DNA from: a virus
DNA length: 64,000 bases
Strand: one strand, 5' to 3'
IMG/VR virus record: IMGVR_UViG_3300045996_001458
Location: 1-64,000 of that record
Part shown: positions 43,248-51,374 of the stretch, piece by piece
How positions within the stretch are numbered: position 1 is the first letter of the stretch
How the letters are laid out: every line of letters begins with the position of its first letter
Made by a program: the position numbers and the translations under genes
Notes under the pieces: generated by a model
The model's database searches: none
What the model was told of the DNA's origin: nothing
Seen by the model: only the letters and a program-made list of their open reading frames with translations

Positions 43248-43531
43248 CGGGTCACCCACCCGTTGAGCGTCACCGTGCCGGCGGGAGTCGGACAGACCCT
43301 CCACAGGTCGGAGCCATTGACCGGCACGGTGACGATCTTCTCGTCGTGCCGCAGTTCCACCAACGTCGTGATCTGTCGGACGGTCATGTCACGACCGCCG
43401 ACCCACTGGTAGCCGCCCATCGGCTTCTTGTGAGTGGAGTCCCACGCGCCCCGCGTGGCGTTCCACTCGATCGCGTCGTCGGCGACGTGGCGGAGCATCG
43501 CCACCCGCTCGGGCGTCTTCGCGATGCTCAC
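43244..43531 (-). CDS. hypothetical phage protein
   Basis: GTGA overlap. Confidence 0.55.
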   Translation of the reverse strand: MSIAKTPERVAMLRHVADDAIEWNATRGAWDSTHKKPMGGYQWVGGRDMTVRQITTLVELRHDEKIVTVPVNGSDLWRVCPTPAGTVTLNGWVTR

Positions 43532-43785
43532 GACGCCACCGCCGCGTCCCGGACGTCCGCCGGGAACGCGCCCAGCAGCTCGCCGAGGTAGACCTCCCGC
43601 TCGTGGACACGCCGGACCAGCGTCTCGGCCGTGTCCAACTGGCCTGGCCGCACCGACATGGGGTCACGTCGCTGCTGTAGGACCAGGACGTCCCGGTCCC
43701 GACACAACACCTCGTACTCGGTGTGCCGCTGGACCTTCTCGCTGGCGAGGAACTTGCAGACCGCGGCGACTTCGGCCGGAGTCAT
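43528..43785 (-). CDS. hypothetical phage protein
   Basis: ATGA overlap. Confidence 0.55.
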   Translation of the reverse strand: MTPAEVAAVCKFLASEKVQRHTEYEVLCRDRDVLVLQQRRDPMSVRPGQLDTAETLVRRVHEREVYLGELLGAFPADVRDAAVAS

Positions 43786-43963
43786 GACGACACCTGCATG
43801 TCCCGGTCGTCGGACAGGTCACCGGCGAACGACACGGCGACGTGCCGGTGGTGGTCGGGCTTCACCCACACCACGCCCCGATGTTGGCGGACAACGTCGT
43901 AGGCGGTGCCCTGGGGGGCGTCGGTGCGGTGGCGTCCGGTGATGCGGACCGAATCGTCGGTGC

Positions 43964-44362
43964 TCACGACCCCACCTCCGCGTCGTCCTCGTCGTCCTTG
44001 GGGATCTCGCCGGGCTCGTGCACGGTGTCGGTGTAGTCGCCGACCTCGGTCGCGCCGCCGCAGTTTCCGCACTCGAACCGGGTCTGCGCCGCCATGTCGA
44101 ACGGCATGGCCGGCATCCCTTGGTGCTCCTCGGTCGAGACGACGAGGCCGTAGAACATGTCGGTCTCGCAGGTCGCGCACTCCATGGACAGGTAGAAGGC
44201 GCCGTTCTGCCGGACGAGCGGAGACCAGTCCGCGACGTCCTTGTCGGACAACTGCCTCACGTTCGACGGGGTGTCCAACAGCACGGCCGTCCATCCACCG
44301 GCCTTATTGCGCCAGGCGATGGAGTAGCCCTTCGGGCTGATGCGGCGTTCGCTGCTCATCAC
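43964..44362 (-). CDS. zinc-ribbon hypothetical protein
   Basis: CATC...CGNC. Confidence 0.6.
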   Translation of the reverse strand: MMSSERRISPKGYSIAWRNKAGGWTAVLLDTPSNVRQLSDKDVADWSPLVRQNGAFYLSMECATCETDMFYGLVVSTEEHQGMPAMPFDMAAQTRFECGNCGGATEVGDYTDTVHEPGEIPKDDEDDAEVGS

Positions 44363-44784
44363 GCACCACCGAGGATGTTGCGCAGGTCGTCGATCAGTGC
44401 TTGGACTAGGCCGGTGTCGTGCGGGGCGTCGAACTCATCGAGCAAGGCCAAGGCCGCAACGACACGTTCCCCGTCGCCCGACTCCACTGCGCTCGTGCTG
44501 TTGAGCTGGTCAATCAGGTGCGCGATCGCGACCTCGTGGTCCTTGACGTCGTCGAGCATGACGAGGTCGCCGTAGTCCTCCACGGTGCCGTCAGTCCTTG
44601 CTGGGAATACGGCCGTCTCGCAGGACTTGTACCCCGCGATGACAGGGGGTAGGTCCACGGCGCTCACGGCGTAGTGCAGGCCGCCGATCTCGACATGCCA
44701 CGCCTCGCCGTGCCAGCCGGGGGCAGTGCGTGAGTGCACGAGGACATCGGCGCGGGTGTACTGGGTAGACTGTTCGGTAACCAT
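44359..44784 (-). CDS. hypothetical phage protein
   Basis: AGGAG RBS; VSAV...ETAVFPA..DG. Confidence 0.65.
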   Translation of the reverse strand: MVTEQSTQYTRADVLVHSRTAPGWHGEAWHVEIGGLHYAVSAVDLPPVIAGYKSCETAVFPARTDGTVEDYGDLVMLDDVKDHEVAIAHLIDQLNSTSAVESGDGERVVAALALLDEFDAPHDTGLVQALIDDLRNILGGA

Positions 44785-44966
44785 CTGGGAGCTCCTAACT
44801 CCTCGTGTGGCCAGCGGTCTCTCGCGTCTTGCACGGGCGCGGGAGACCGCGTCCTGTATGGATCAGTTGTCGGTGGCGAGCAGGACCTGTTCGCGGTCCC
44901 ACTGCTCGTCGTCCAGGTCGATCGGCCCGATGGCCTCTACGTAGGCGGCGTCCATCTCGTCCTCGG

Positions 44967-45242
44967 TCACGCCGCACGCCCCGTACGGGACCGGTCGGCG
45001 AACGCCTTGACCAAGTCCGGCCCCAGGTAGCGGGCGAGGGCACCCCCGTCGCCGGCGAGGATGTCGGCGAGGACGTCGAGTGGGATGTTCAGCGAATGGA
45101 CCTTGCCGCGGCGCATGCGCGACAGGCGCATATCGAGACGGTGGGCGTCGAGGCATGGCTGGCACGCGAGGGTTCCGGTGCGGATGTGCTGCCCGTGACC
45201 GCGCGGCGTTCCGTGCTCGATGGAGGCCATCTCGCTCATCAC
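44967..45242 (-). CDS. hypothetical phage protein (HGT..G...H...C..C motif)
   Basis: EHGTPRGHGQH...ACQPC. Confidence 0.6.
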   Translation of the reverse strand: MMSEMASIEHGTPRGHGQHIRTGTLACQPCLDAHRLDMRLSRMRRGKVHSLNIPLDVLADILAGDGGALARYLGPDLVKAFADRSRTGRAA

Positions 45243-45360
45243 TTGCCGCCCTTCCGCTTGCGGGCCGCCTCACGGAGTACCTGCTCGACACCGCGCTCCA
45301 TGCGTTGGAGGTCGCGTTCCGAGACTTTCTTGCGGCCGAAGAGGCGTCGGAGGAGTCCCA

Positions 45361-45570
45361 TCACGCCACCGCCTCGCTGTAGTTCCGGGTAGTGGTGCCG
45401 TCGTCGAGGAACCAGACGCCCGGCCTGCCCGGGACCGGGCCGATCTCGACCGAGTCCAACCGCACGCCTCTGTCCGTGCGCTCTCCGTCGACCGGGATGA
45501 AGAACTCCCAGCGGTCACCGGCGCCGACGAAGATCCCGATGTACTGGATGGCGCGCTCGCGGTCGGTCAT
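45361..45570 (-). CDS. hypothetical phage protein
   Basis: Operon context. Confidence 0.5.
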   Translation of the reverse strand: MTDRERAIQYIGIFVGAGDRWEFFIPVDGERTDRGVRLDSVEIGPVPGRPGVWFLDDGTTTRNYSEAVA

Positions 45571-45784
45571 CACGCACCCGCCCGGAACGTCGGCGAGTCG
45601 GTCTCCATGCGCCACGCGAACATCAGCCGCACCAACGGGTCACCGGTGAGCGCGCGGGCCTGCTCGATGTCACGCCCGCCCAGAATGGAGAGCAGTCGGT
45701 CGTCGGCGGCGATCACGTTGTGGGCCTCGCGGACCCCCCCGGGGGACGCGGGGAGGTACGCGAGGAGTCTGCGGACGAGGGTGA

Positions 45785-46030
45785 TCACGCCGCACCGTCC
45801 ACCGGCAGCGGCCCGTAGGGCACCACGTCGAACGTCACGCGGGTGGTGTCGGTCTCCGTGTCGTACACGGCGTGCTTCGGGGTGAACTTCTCGCCCATCG
45901 TGTTCGGGCCGACGATCATCGTCGGGAACGACCGGGCGTCGGCGTACACCACACCGGGGTAGGTGGCGGCGAACTCCTTGGCGAACTTCACTGTGGGCTC
46001 CTCGGCGGTAGGAGAGGTACGGGGGTTCAT
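45785..46030 (-). CDS. hypothetical phage protein
   Basis: Coupled to upstream TasA-like gene. Confidence 0.55.
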   Translation of the reverse strand: MNPRTSPTAEEPTVKFAKEFAATYPGVVYADARSFPTMIVGPNTMGEKFTPKHAVYDTETDTTRVTFDVVPYGPLPVDGAA

Positions 46031-46920
46031 GCGGCACTCGCCCTGTCCGGCCCGGGCGCAGGGACGTGCACATCGGTGACGCCGTGCAGTCGTCGGGCCT
46101 CGATCCACAAGTCCTTCAGCACCGTCTTGGCGATGGCACGCAGAGCGCGACCGTGCTGGTGCGCGGGCGGCAACGGGGAGCCGACTTCGGCCGGCTTGCC
46201 ACTGGGTCCGCATTGTTTGCAGGGCACGTTGTGCACCGCGTCGGCGTACTTCGCCCGCGTCTCGTCGTAAACCGTGCGGTACTTCGAACCGGACGGGGCC
46301 TTCACGCACGAGGTGGCGATGAGCCACGCCCGCTTGCGGGCCTCTTGGGACCAGTTCGACTTCTGTCCGCGCGTCCGCTTGGGCGCGGTTGAATGGCTCC
46401 CGCCAGCGTTCACCATCTGGGTTTCGAGCACATAATGGCTGGCGGGAAGTTGGGTCCCAGTGGTGCGGGCGCCTTGGGTTTCGTCGCACGAATGACCACT
46501 GGGAAGTGTGTGGTATCCGCAGTACGCCCAGAGTTCGGACACGGTGCGGGGCCGCTGGTGCAGGGTGTTCCAGTACGGGTCGCCGATCTCGCCGAGCAGG
46601 CGGGCCAACTGCTTCTCGCCGACGCCGGTGGCCTGTTTGATCCACGGACCCCACTGCGAGCGGCGCATGTGCGACTGGAGCTGCTTGATCGCCTGGTCCT
46701 CCACGGCGGCCAGCGCTTCCAGCGACAGCGCGATGCGCTTCACGTCACGGTGGTCCTCGGGGAGTCCGAGGCTGCGGCGGATGCCGTCGTCGTCCACCTC
46801 GGTTGAGGTGAGCTGACGGAACCGGTTCCCGCTGGCGACGCGCAGGGACTCAAGGTCGTCCACCTGGGACGCGAGGATCTTCAGGAGCGGGTCGAAGAGC
46901 AGACCGTTGGGGTTGTTCAC
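46027..46920 (-). CDS. TasA-like RNA-guided DNA-binding protein (IS110/Nop-domain, no nuclease domain)
   Basis: Coiled-coil N-terminus; GVGEKQLARLLGEIGD (IS110 Transposase_20-like HhH), SELWAYCG, PKR.RGQ..NW, YRTVYD...KY, H..ALR..AK.VL.DLW; no DEDD RuvC domain; AAAGGAG RBS; adjacent guide array. Confidence 0.85.
   Translation of the reverse strand: MNNPNGLLFDPLLKILASQVDDLESLRVASGNRFRQLTSTEVDDDGIRRSLGLPEDHRDVKRIALSLEALAAVEDQAIKQLQSHMRRSQWGPWIKQATGVGEKQLARLLGEIGDPYWNTLHQRPRTVSELWAYCGYHTLPSGHSCDETQGARTTGTQLPASHYVLETQMVNAGGSHSTAPKRTRGQKSNWSQEARKRAWLIATSCVKAPSGSKYRTVYDETRAKYADAVHNVPCKQCGPSGKPAEVGSPLPPAHQHGRALRAIAKTVLKDLWIEARRLHGVTDVHVPAPGPDRASAA
46398..46504 (-). ncRNA. two TIGR-like stem-loop guide units embedded in frame in the TasA-like CDS
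   Basis: stem-(T/C)CA-9 nt-CGAAACCCA-9 nt-C-stem', CCCAACT linker, 57-bp period. Confidence 0.85.
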
Positions 46921-46937
46921 GGTGACTCCTTTGGTTA

Positions 46938-47225
46938 CCGACCAGGGCGCATGTCATCTGGGTTTCGCATCGTCATTGGCCCGGTCGGGAAGTTGGGTGC
47001 CGAAGGCGGTCCCGCCATGGGTTCCGCAAGCACGTTGGCCTTCGGCAAGTTGGGTGCCCGGACGGAAAGACCTTGGGTGTCGGACGGCCTTTGGTCCGGG
47101 CAATCTGAGTGCCAGCGGGGCGCAGGCTGTATGGGCCTCGGCAGGAGCGTGGCCCGGCTGGCGAGTTGGGATGCCAGCCTGACGGGAACCCTTTGGGCTT
47201 TGCGTACATCCTGGTCAGGCTGGCA
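46938..47225 (-). ncRNA. TIGR-like stem-loop array, 5 units with paired 9-nt spacers
   Basis: Each unit: 9-12 bp stem, CCA, 9-nt spacer A, loop repeat (CGAAACCCA/CGGAACCCA/CGACACCCA/CGAGGCCCA/CAAAGCCCA), 9-nt spacer B, C, stem'; linkers CCCAACT. Confidence 0.9.
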
Positions 47226-47230
47226 AGTCA

Positions 47231-47725
47231 TCAGTGCTTCAACACCTCTCGACCGACCTCGGGGTCGAGCGATGCGACGGTGTCCACCCCGAACTCCGTC
47301 ACGGCGGTCAGCAGGCGCTCGTAGCGCTCCGCCTCCGCCAGAACCTCGGCGGCCTTGCTCCGCCGCGAAGAGACCAGGTACTCCAGGTCCCGCGCGGAGC
47401 AGTCACCGAGACGCTTCCACGACTCGCCCACGTACACGGAAGCGGAGAGTTCGGCGCTGTACCAGTCGATCAGGGCGGCCGTCGCGGCACTCGCCGTTCG
47501 CTGACCGGACTTCGTCTTGTACGTCGCCGGATCGGCCGCGGGCTGCACGACCGGGCGGGACAGGACGTGGCGGACGTACTCCCGCAACGTCACCGACACC
47601 ACCACGTGCGCCTCGGCGTCCGTCAGGTTGGACAGCAACTTCTCCGTGACCACACCGGGGTCCGGGTCGTGCTTGCCCAACTCGGCGATAGCCGTCCGGA
47701 GATCGCTCGAAGACTCGATGCTCAC
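47231..47725 (-). CDS. hypothetical protein directly upstream of the guide array
   Basis: GTGA overlap with antirepressor; WKRLGDCSARDL motif. Confidence 0.75.
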   Translation of the reverse strand: MSIESSSDLRTAIAELGKHDPDPGVVTEKLLSNLTDAEAHVVVSVTLREYVRHVLSRPVVQPAADPATYKTKSGQRTASAATAALIDWYSAELSASVYVGESWKRLGDCSARDLEYLVSSRRSKAAEVLAEAERYERLLTAVTEFGVDTVASLDPEVGREVLKH

Positions 47726-48552
47726 GCCACACCGTCCTCATCCAGGACGAGCGGAGCGGTCCCACCCATCCGCTTGTGCAGATAGGACAGACCAGCCACC
47801 GTCACCCGCACCTGCGGCTTCGCCGGCACCTCCTCCTTGGTGTAGGAGTCGACCCGCGTACGGGGCCGCAGGGTGACGTGTGCCGAGTGGTTCGAGTACG
47901 GCTTGTCACCGGGGCCGATCAGCCGCCAGGACCGCAGCAGCTCGAACAGCCGGCGCTGGCCGGTGGAGATCGACGGATCCCGGTTGAGGATGTAGGCGGC
48001 CTCCCGCACCGAGTAGTCCGCGCCGGTGTCCGCGAGGACGTCCCACGACACGGCGCGGGGACGCAGCTCGATGACCTCGGCCTCGGCGGTGTCGGCACGC
48101 AGCGCTTCACGATCCGCGCGGTCCGCCTCGGCGATGACCATCTCCGCCAGCTCGCGGCGACCGATGGCAGTGACGTCCACGCGGGGTGCGGTCTCCGCCT
48201 CGCGGGTCTTCACAGCGAAGTAGACACGCGCCTCGGCGACGGCCTTCTTCGTGTCGTCACCGGCCATCGCGGTCAGGTACGCCGCGAAGCGGGTGAGCCG
48301 GTAGTCGTCCAAGCGCTGGTTGCCCCACCGCCCGCCATCACTTCCCGCGGCCAGGAAGTGATGGTCTGCCGAATCGGCACCTTCGACCAGCGACAGGGAG
48401 TACCTGGCCTTGGAGATGACGGCCGCGAAGTTCTCCCACTTCAGGTAGTCCATCACCGGGGCGAGGTCGCGCCCGGTCCAGAACTCGCCGGCCTCGTCGG
48501 TGCGACGGATGGCATCGAACTGGGACGAGCCGAAAAGGGTGAGGTCGGTCAT
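47722..48552 (-). CDS. phage antirepressor (DinD/Bro-like N-terminus + ANT/KilAC C-terminus)
   Basis: FDAIR...EFW.GRDL...Y..WENF...DYRLTRFAAYL.AM.GD..K; YSVREAA.IL...GQRRLF..LR, VRVT..GL. Confidence 0.88.
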   Translation of the reverse strand: MTDLTLFGSSQFDAIRRTDEAGEFWTGRDLAPVMDYLKWENFAAVISKARYSLSLVEGADSADHHFLAAGSDGGRWGNQRLDDYRLTRFAAYLTAMAGDDTKKAVAEARVYFAVKTREAETAPRVDVTAIGRRELAEMVIAEADRADREALRADTAEAEVIELRPRAVSWDVLADTGADYSVREAAYILNRDPSISTGQRRLFELLRSWRLIGPGDKPYSNHSAHVTLRPRTRVDSYTKEEVPAKPQVRVTVAGLSYLHKRMGGTAPLVLDEDGVA

Positions 48553-48562
48553 GTCGTCCGCC

Positions 48563-48790
48563 TCACGCCGCGTCGGCGATGAGGGCGTCGATGAGGCCGA
48601 GGGCTTCCTCGCCGAACAGCCGGCTGACCTCGGTGACGGGGATGTAGAGGCGGTTGCCGAGGCGGGTGACCGCGATCTCGCCGTTTTGGATGGCGACCCT
48701 GACGGCCTTGACCTTCATGCCGGTGATCTGGGCGAACTCGGCGGGAGTGAGGGACACCCGCTTCGGCCGGGGGCTGTTCTGGGGGGTCAT
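48563..48790 (-). CDS. excisionase / Cro-like HTH protein
   Basis: LTPAEFAQITGMKVKAVRVAIQNGEI...RLGNRLYIP (HTH_17/Xis pattern); divergent from repressor. Confidence 0.8.
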   Translation of the reverse strand: MTPQNSPRPKRVSLTPAEFAQITGMKVKAVRVAIQNGEIAVTRLGNRLYIPVTEVSRLFGEEALGLIDALIADAA

Positions 48791-48791
48791 A

Positions 48792-48920
48792 CCGGAAACC
48801 CTAGGTGGAGTTACCGGTAACTACAAGAACTTGGACCTCCGACTTCCGGTAATTTCGGGTAGCCGGTTGACCACTTGCCGTCAACATCCACTACCTGTAA
48901 CCAGTTGTTTACCCGGCTAG
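48792..48920. promoter_or_regulatory. immunity switch region with CCGGTAAC-like motifs
   Basis: CCGGAAAC 48792, palindrome GTTACCGGTAAC 48810-48821, CCGGTAAT 48846, CCTGTAAC 48894. Confidence 0.65.
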
Positions 48921-48968
48921 CTCCAGTTGGATGTAGATGGACCTAGTTGGATCGGGCATGATGACCCT

Positions 48969-49364
48969 ATGACGACAGACGCGGGACGTGTATGGCTCGG
49001 CGAGAAGGTGCAGGAGCACCGCAAGCGACTGCGCCTCAGTAAGGAAGAGGCGGCCCGACGGGCCGGTGTCAACGTCAAGACCTGGACGCAGGTCGAGCGG
49101 GGCGAGGTGGTTCGCGACACCACCTACGTCGGAGTCGAGGAGGCGCTGGAGTGGCAGAGCGGTAGCGCAGAGGCCGTACTGGACGGCAACGATCCAGTCG
49201 TGGTCGAGCGCGCCCAGGAAGAGCCACCCGACGAGGTCGCCGAGCTCGCCCGGCTCTTGGAGGTGGTACGGGACAAGTTCGGGGACTCCGTGTACACCGA
49301 GGCGATCCGTGTCGTCGAACGCACACGTACCGACACGAAGCGTGACCGTCACAACCTTGCGTAG
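48969..49364 (+). CDS. immunity repressor (XRE HTH)
   Basis: LGEKVQEHRKRLRLSKEEAARRAGVNVKTWTQVERG...VEEALEW..GS; possibly leaderless (CATGAT at 48957-48962). Confidence 0.85.
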   Translation: MTTDAGRVWLGEKVQEHRKRLRLSKEEAARRAGVNVKTWTQVERGEVVRDTTYVGVEEALEWQSGSAEAVLDGNDPVVVERAQEEPPDEVAELARLLEVVRDKFGDSVYTEAIRVVERTRTDTKRDRHNLA

Positions 49365-49493
49365 CTCGATCGGTCCAGTTCGCTACTCCATACGAGGTCG
49401 AACACCCACCGAACAGCGCAGCCGAACGGCGTAACAATCCGCATCTCTGCGGCGTTAATCCCTAGGTCAGGTGAAGTTGTCGGGGAGGCCGCC

Positions 49494-49835
49494 TTGTACC
49501 GAGTCGTGCTGATCACGCTCGCCGTGTCCGTTGTCGCAACCGCTGCCACCACCGCCATCAATCTTCTCGTCGACACCAATGTCGGCCCGGCCCGCTTCGG
49601 CGCCGACCTCATCTGGTCCGCCACCATCGCCTCATGGCTCGTCGTCGCCATGACGTGGTGCACCGAACGTGTCGTCACCAGCAACCGCAACGGCTGGAAG
49701 AAGGTCAGCGCGAAAGTCGACAAGGTCGAGACCCGCCTGGGCGAGGTAGAGGACGCGATGTCCGACATCGACAAGGAGCGTGTCCAGGCCAACGCCGTGG
49801 TGGTGCAACTGTTCAGGAACCGGCAGGCGAAGTAG
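49494..49835 (+). CDS. two-TM membrane protein with coiled-coil tail
   Basis: GGGAGG RBS before TTG; two hydrophobic segments; between repressor and integrase. Confidence 0.65.
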   Translation: MYRVVLITLAVSVVATAATTAINLLVDTNVGPARFGADLIWSATIASWLVVAMTWCTERVVTSNRNGWKKVSAKVDKVETRLGEVEDAMSDIDKERVQANAVVVQLFRNRQAK

Positions 49836-49847
49836 AAGGGACCAGCC

Positions 49848-51044
49848 ATGGGCAGGCCGCCGCTTGAACCTGGCACCGCAGGCAGCATCACCGTCACAGC
49901 CCTACCGGAGGGCGGCCATGTCGCCCGATGCCGGTTCGGCGACTACGACGGCGTCACCCGCCCGGTCGAGCGTCGCGGAAAGAACCAGCAGGCCGCGCGT
50001 GCGAACCTCCAGAAGGCGCTGAAGGATCGCAAGCGACTGGGTGGCGACGGTGAGATCGGCCCGGAGACCTTCGTGAAGGAGCTCGCCGAGCTGTGGTTCA
50101 CCAAGATCGAGGAGCGGGTGGCCGCCGGCAAACGGTCGCCGGGAACCGCGCGGACCTACCGCATCTACATGGACTCGCTCGTGATCCCGCTCATGGGCAA
50201 ACTCCGCCTCCGGCAGGTAACCGTGGGACGAGTCGACGCGCTCATCGCCGCGGCAGTGAAGGAGAAAGGGCCGGGTGCGGCGAAGACCACGCGGGCGGTG
50301 ATCTCGGGCATCCTCGGCATCGCCGTCAGGCACGACGTACTCGACGCGAACCCGACCCGCGAGGCCGAGGTGATCGAGTCCCCCGACAAGAAGCCGGCCA
50401 GGGCGCTGACGCTGGACGAGGTGGCGCTCATACGTGGGAAGGTCCGCAGCGACAAGCGGTCCGCGGCGCGGGACCTCCCCGACTTGGTGGACATGCTGCT
50501 TGCCACGGGACTACGCATCGGTGAGGTCTGCGCGATCACCTGGGACTCGCTGAATCTCGACGCGCGGACTGTCGAGGTTCGGGGGGTGGTGATCAGAGTC
50601 AAAGGCCAGGGCCTCACCATCAAGACGTATCCGGGGTCCAAGACGAAACACCGGACGCTGCTTCTTCCTCGATGGGCCGTCGCGATGCTGCTCGATCGGC
50701 AGGTGAGGCAGATACCGAACGAGTGGAACGTGGTGTTCACGTCCCCAAGGGGATTCCTGCGCGACCCCAGTAATACAAACGCGGATCTGCGGGACGTTCT
50801 CGACAAGGCCGCCGTCGATGATCAGGGCATGGAGGTGTTCCCTGCGATGGAGTGGGTGACGAGCCATGTCCTCGGCCGCAAGACGGTGCTCACGCTGATG
50901 AACCTCGCCGGGCTTCCGGCCAGCGCGGCGGCGGACCAGGCGGGACACTCGAAGGTGTCGATGACGCAGGACCACTACTTCGGCAGGAAGACCACCGACA
51001 CGGGGGCCGCAGACCTGCTGGACGACCTGTTCGAGTCCAAGTAG
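49848..51044 (+). CDS. int: tyrosine integrase
   Basis: LATGLRIGEVCAITW (R), TSHVLGRKT (H..R), AGHSKVSMTQDHY (H, Y). Confidence 0.95.
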   Translation: MGRPPLEPGTAGSITVTALPEGGHVARCRFGDYDGVTRPVERRGKNQQAARANLQKALKDRKRLGGDGEIGPETFVKELAELWFTKIEERVAAGKRSPGTARTYRIYMDSLVIPLMGKLRLRQVTVGRVDALIAAAVKEKGPGAAKTTRAVISGILGIAVRHDVLDANPTREAEVIESPDKKPARALTLDEVALIRGKVRSDKRSAARDLPDLVDMLLATGLRIGEVCAITWDSLNLDARTVEVRGVVIRVKGQGLTIKTYPGSKTKHRTLLLPRWAVAMLLDRQVRQIPNEWNVVFTSPRGFLRDPSNTNADLRDVLDKAAVDDQGMEVFPAMEWVTSHVLGRKTVLTLMNLAGLPASAAADQAGHSKVSMTQDHYFGRKTTDTGAADLLDDLFESK

Positions 51045-51113
51045 ATCCGGACAAGTCCTTCTGTTTCCGTGGGGTAAGCGTGGGGTACACCTGGTCATGA
51101 CCCCTACAAGACG

Positions 51114-51142
51114 ATCGCCCCAGGCCTGTGACCTGGGGCGAT
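51114..51142. terminator. hairpin downstream of att-core tRNA end
   Basis: ATCGCCCCAGG/CCTGGGGCGAT 11-bp stem. Confidence 0.7.
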
Positions 51143-51189
51143 GGCTCCCCCTACTGGATTCGAACCAGTAACCCTTCGATTAACAGTCG
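51142..51189 (-). other. att core = 3' half of tRNA-Asn(GTT)
   Basis: CGACTGTTAATCGAAGGGTTACTGGTTCGAATCCAGTAGGGGGAGCCA; 5' half and D arm absent. Confidence 0.9.
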
Positions 51190-51374
51190 CCGCTTGGCTG
51201 ACCAGGGAACTTTCGGTAACAAGACAGCTTGATAGCGGTTCGGACATCCCGGTAACTCCCGGTAAGTCAGTCAAGGTTCTCGGGTTTCCGTGGGGTAAAC
51301 GTCGGGTTTGATCACGACCGGGGCATGGGACGGCCCCCGTCTCCAGGGAGTACGGGGGCCGCCATCCCACCGGG

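Larger units (their letters stand above)
51063..51298. other. attP region: tRNA-derived core flanked by arm-type direct repeats
   Basis: GTTTCCGTGGGGTAA at 51063-51077 and 51284-51298; extra CGTGGGGTA at ~51079. Confidence 0.8.

Noticed and set aside
46027-46920. Active IS110 insertion sequence
   Set aside because: No N-terminal DEDD RuvC domain, no recognisable catalytic serine loop, and the gene is coupled into the phage operon without evident element ends
46938-47225. CRISPR array
   Set aside because: No 23-47 bp identical repeats, spacers only 9 nt and paired, and no cas genes; fits a TIGR-like array instead
51093-51102. GGTCATGACC in attP as a fourth RHH operator
   Set aside because: Shares only the GTCATGAC core with the 14-bp operator; insufficient evidence
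51142-51189. Complete tRNA-Asn gene or prophage boundary (attL/attR)
   Set aside because: 5' half and D arm are missing and phage genes continue on both sides, so it is an attP core
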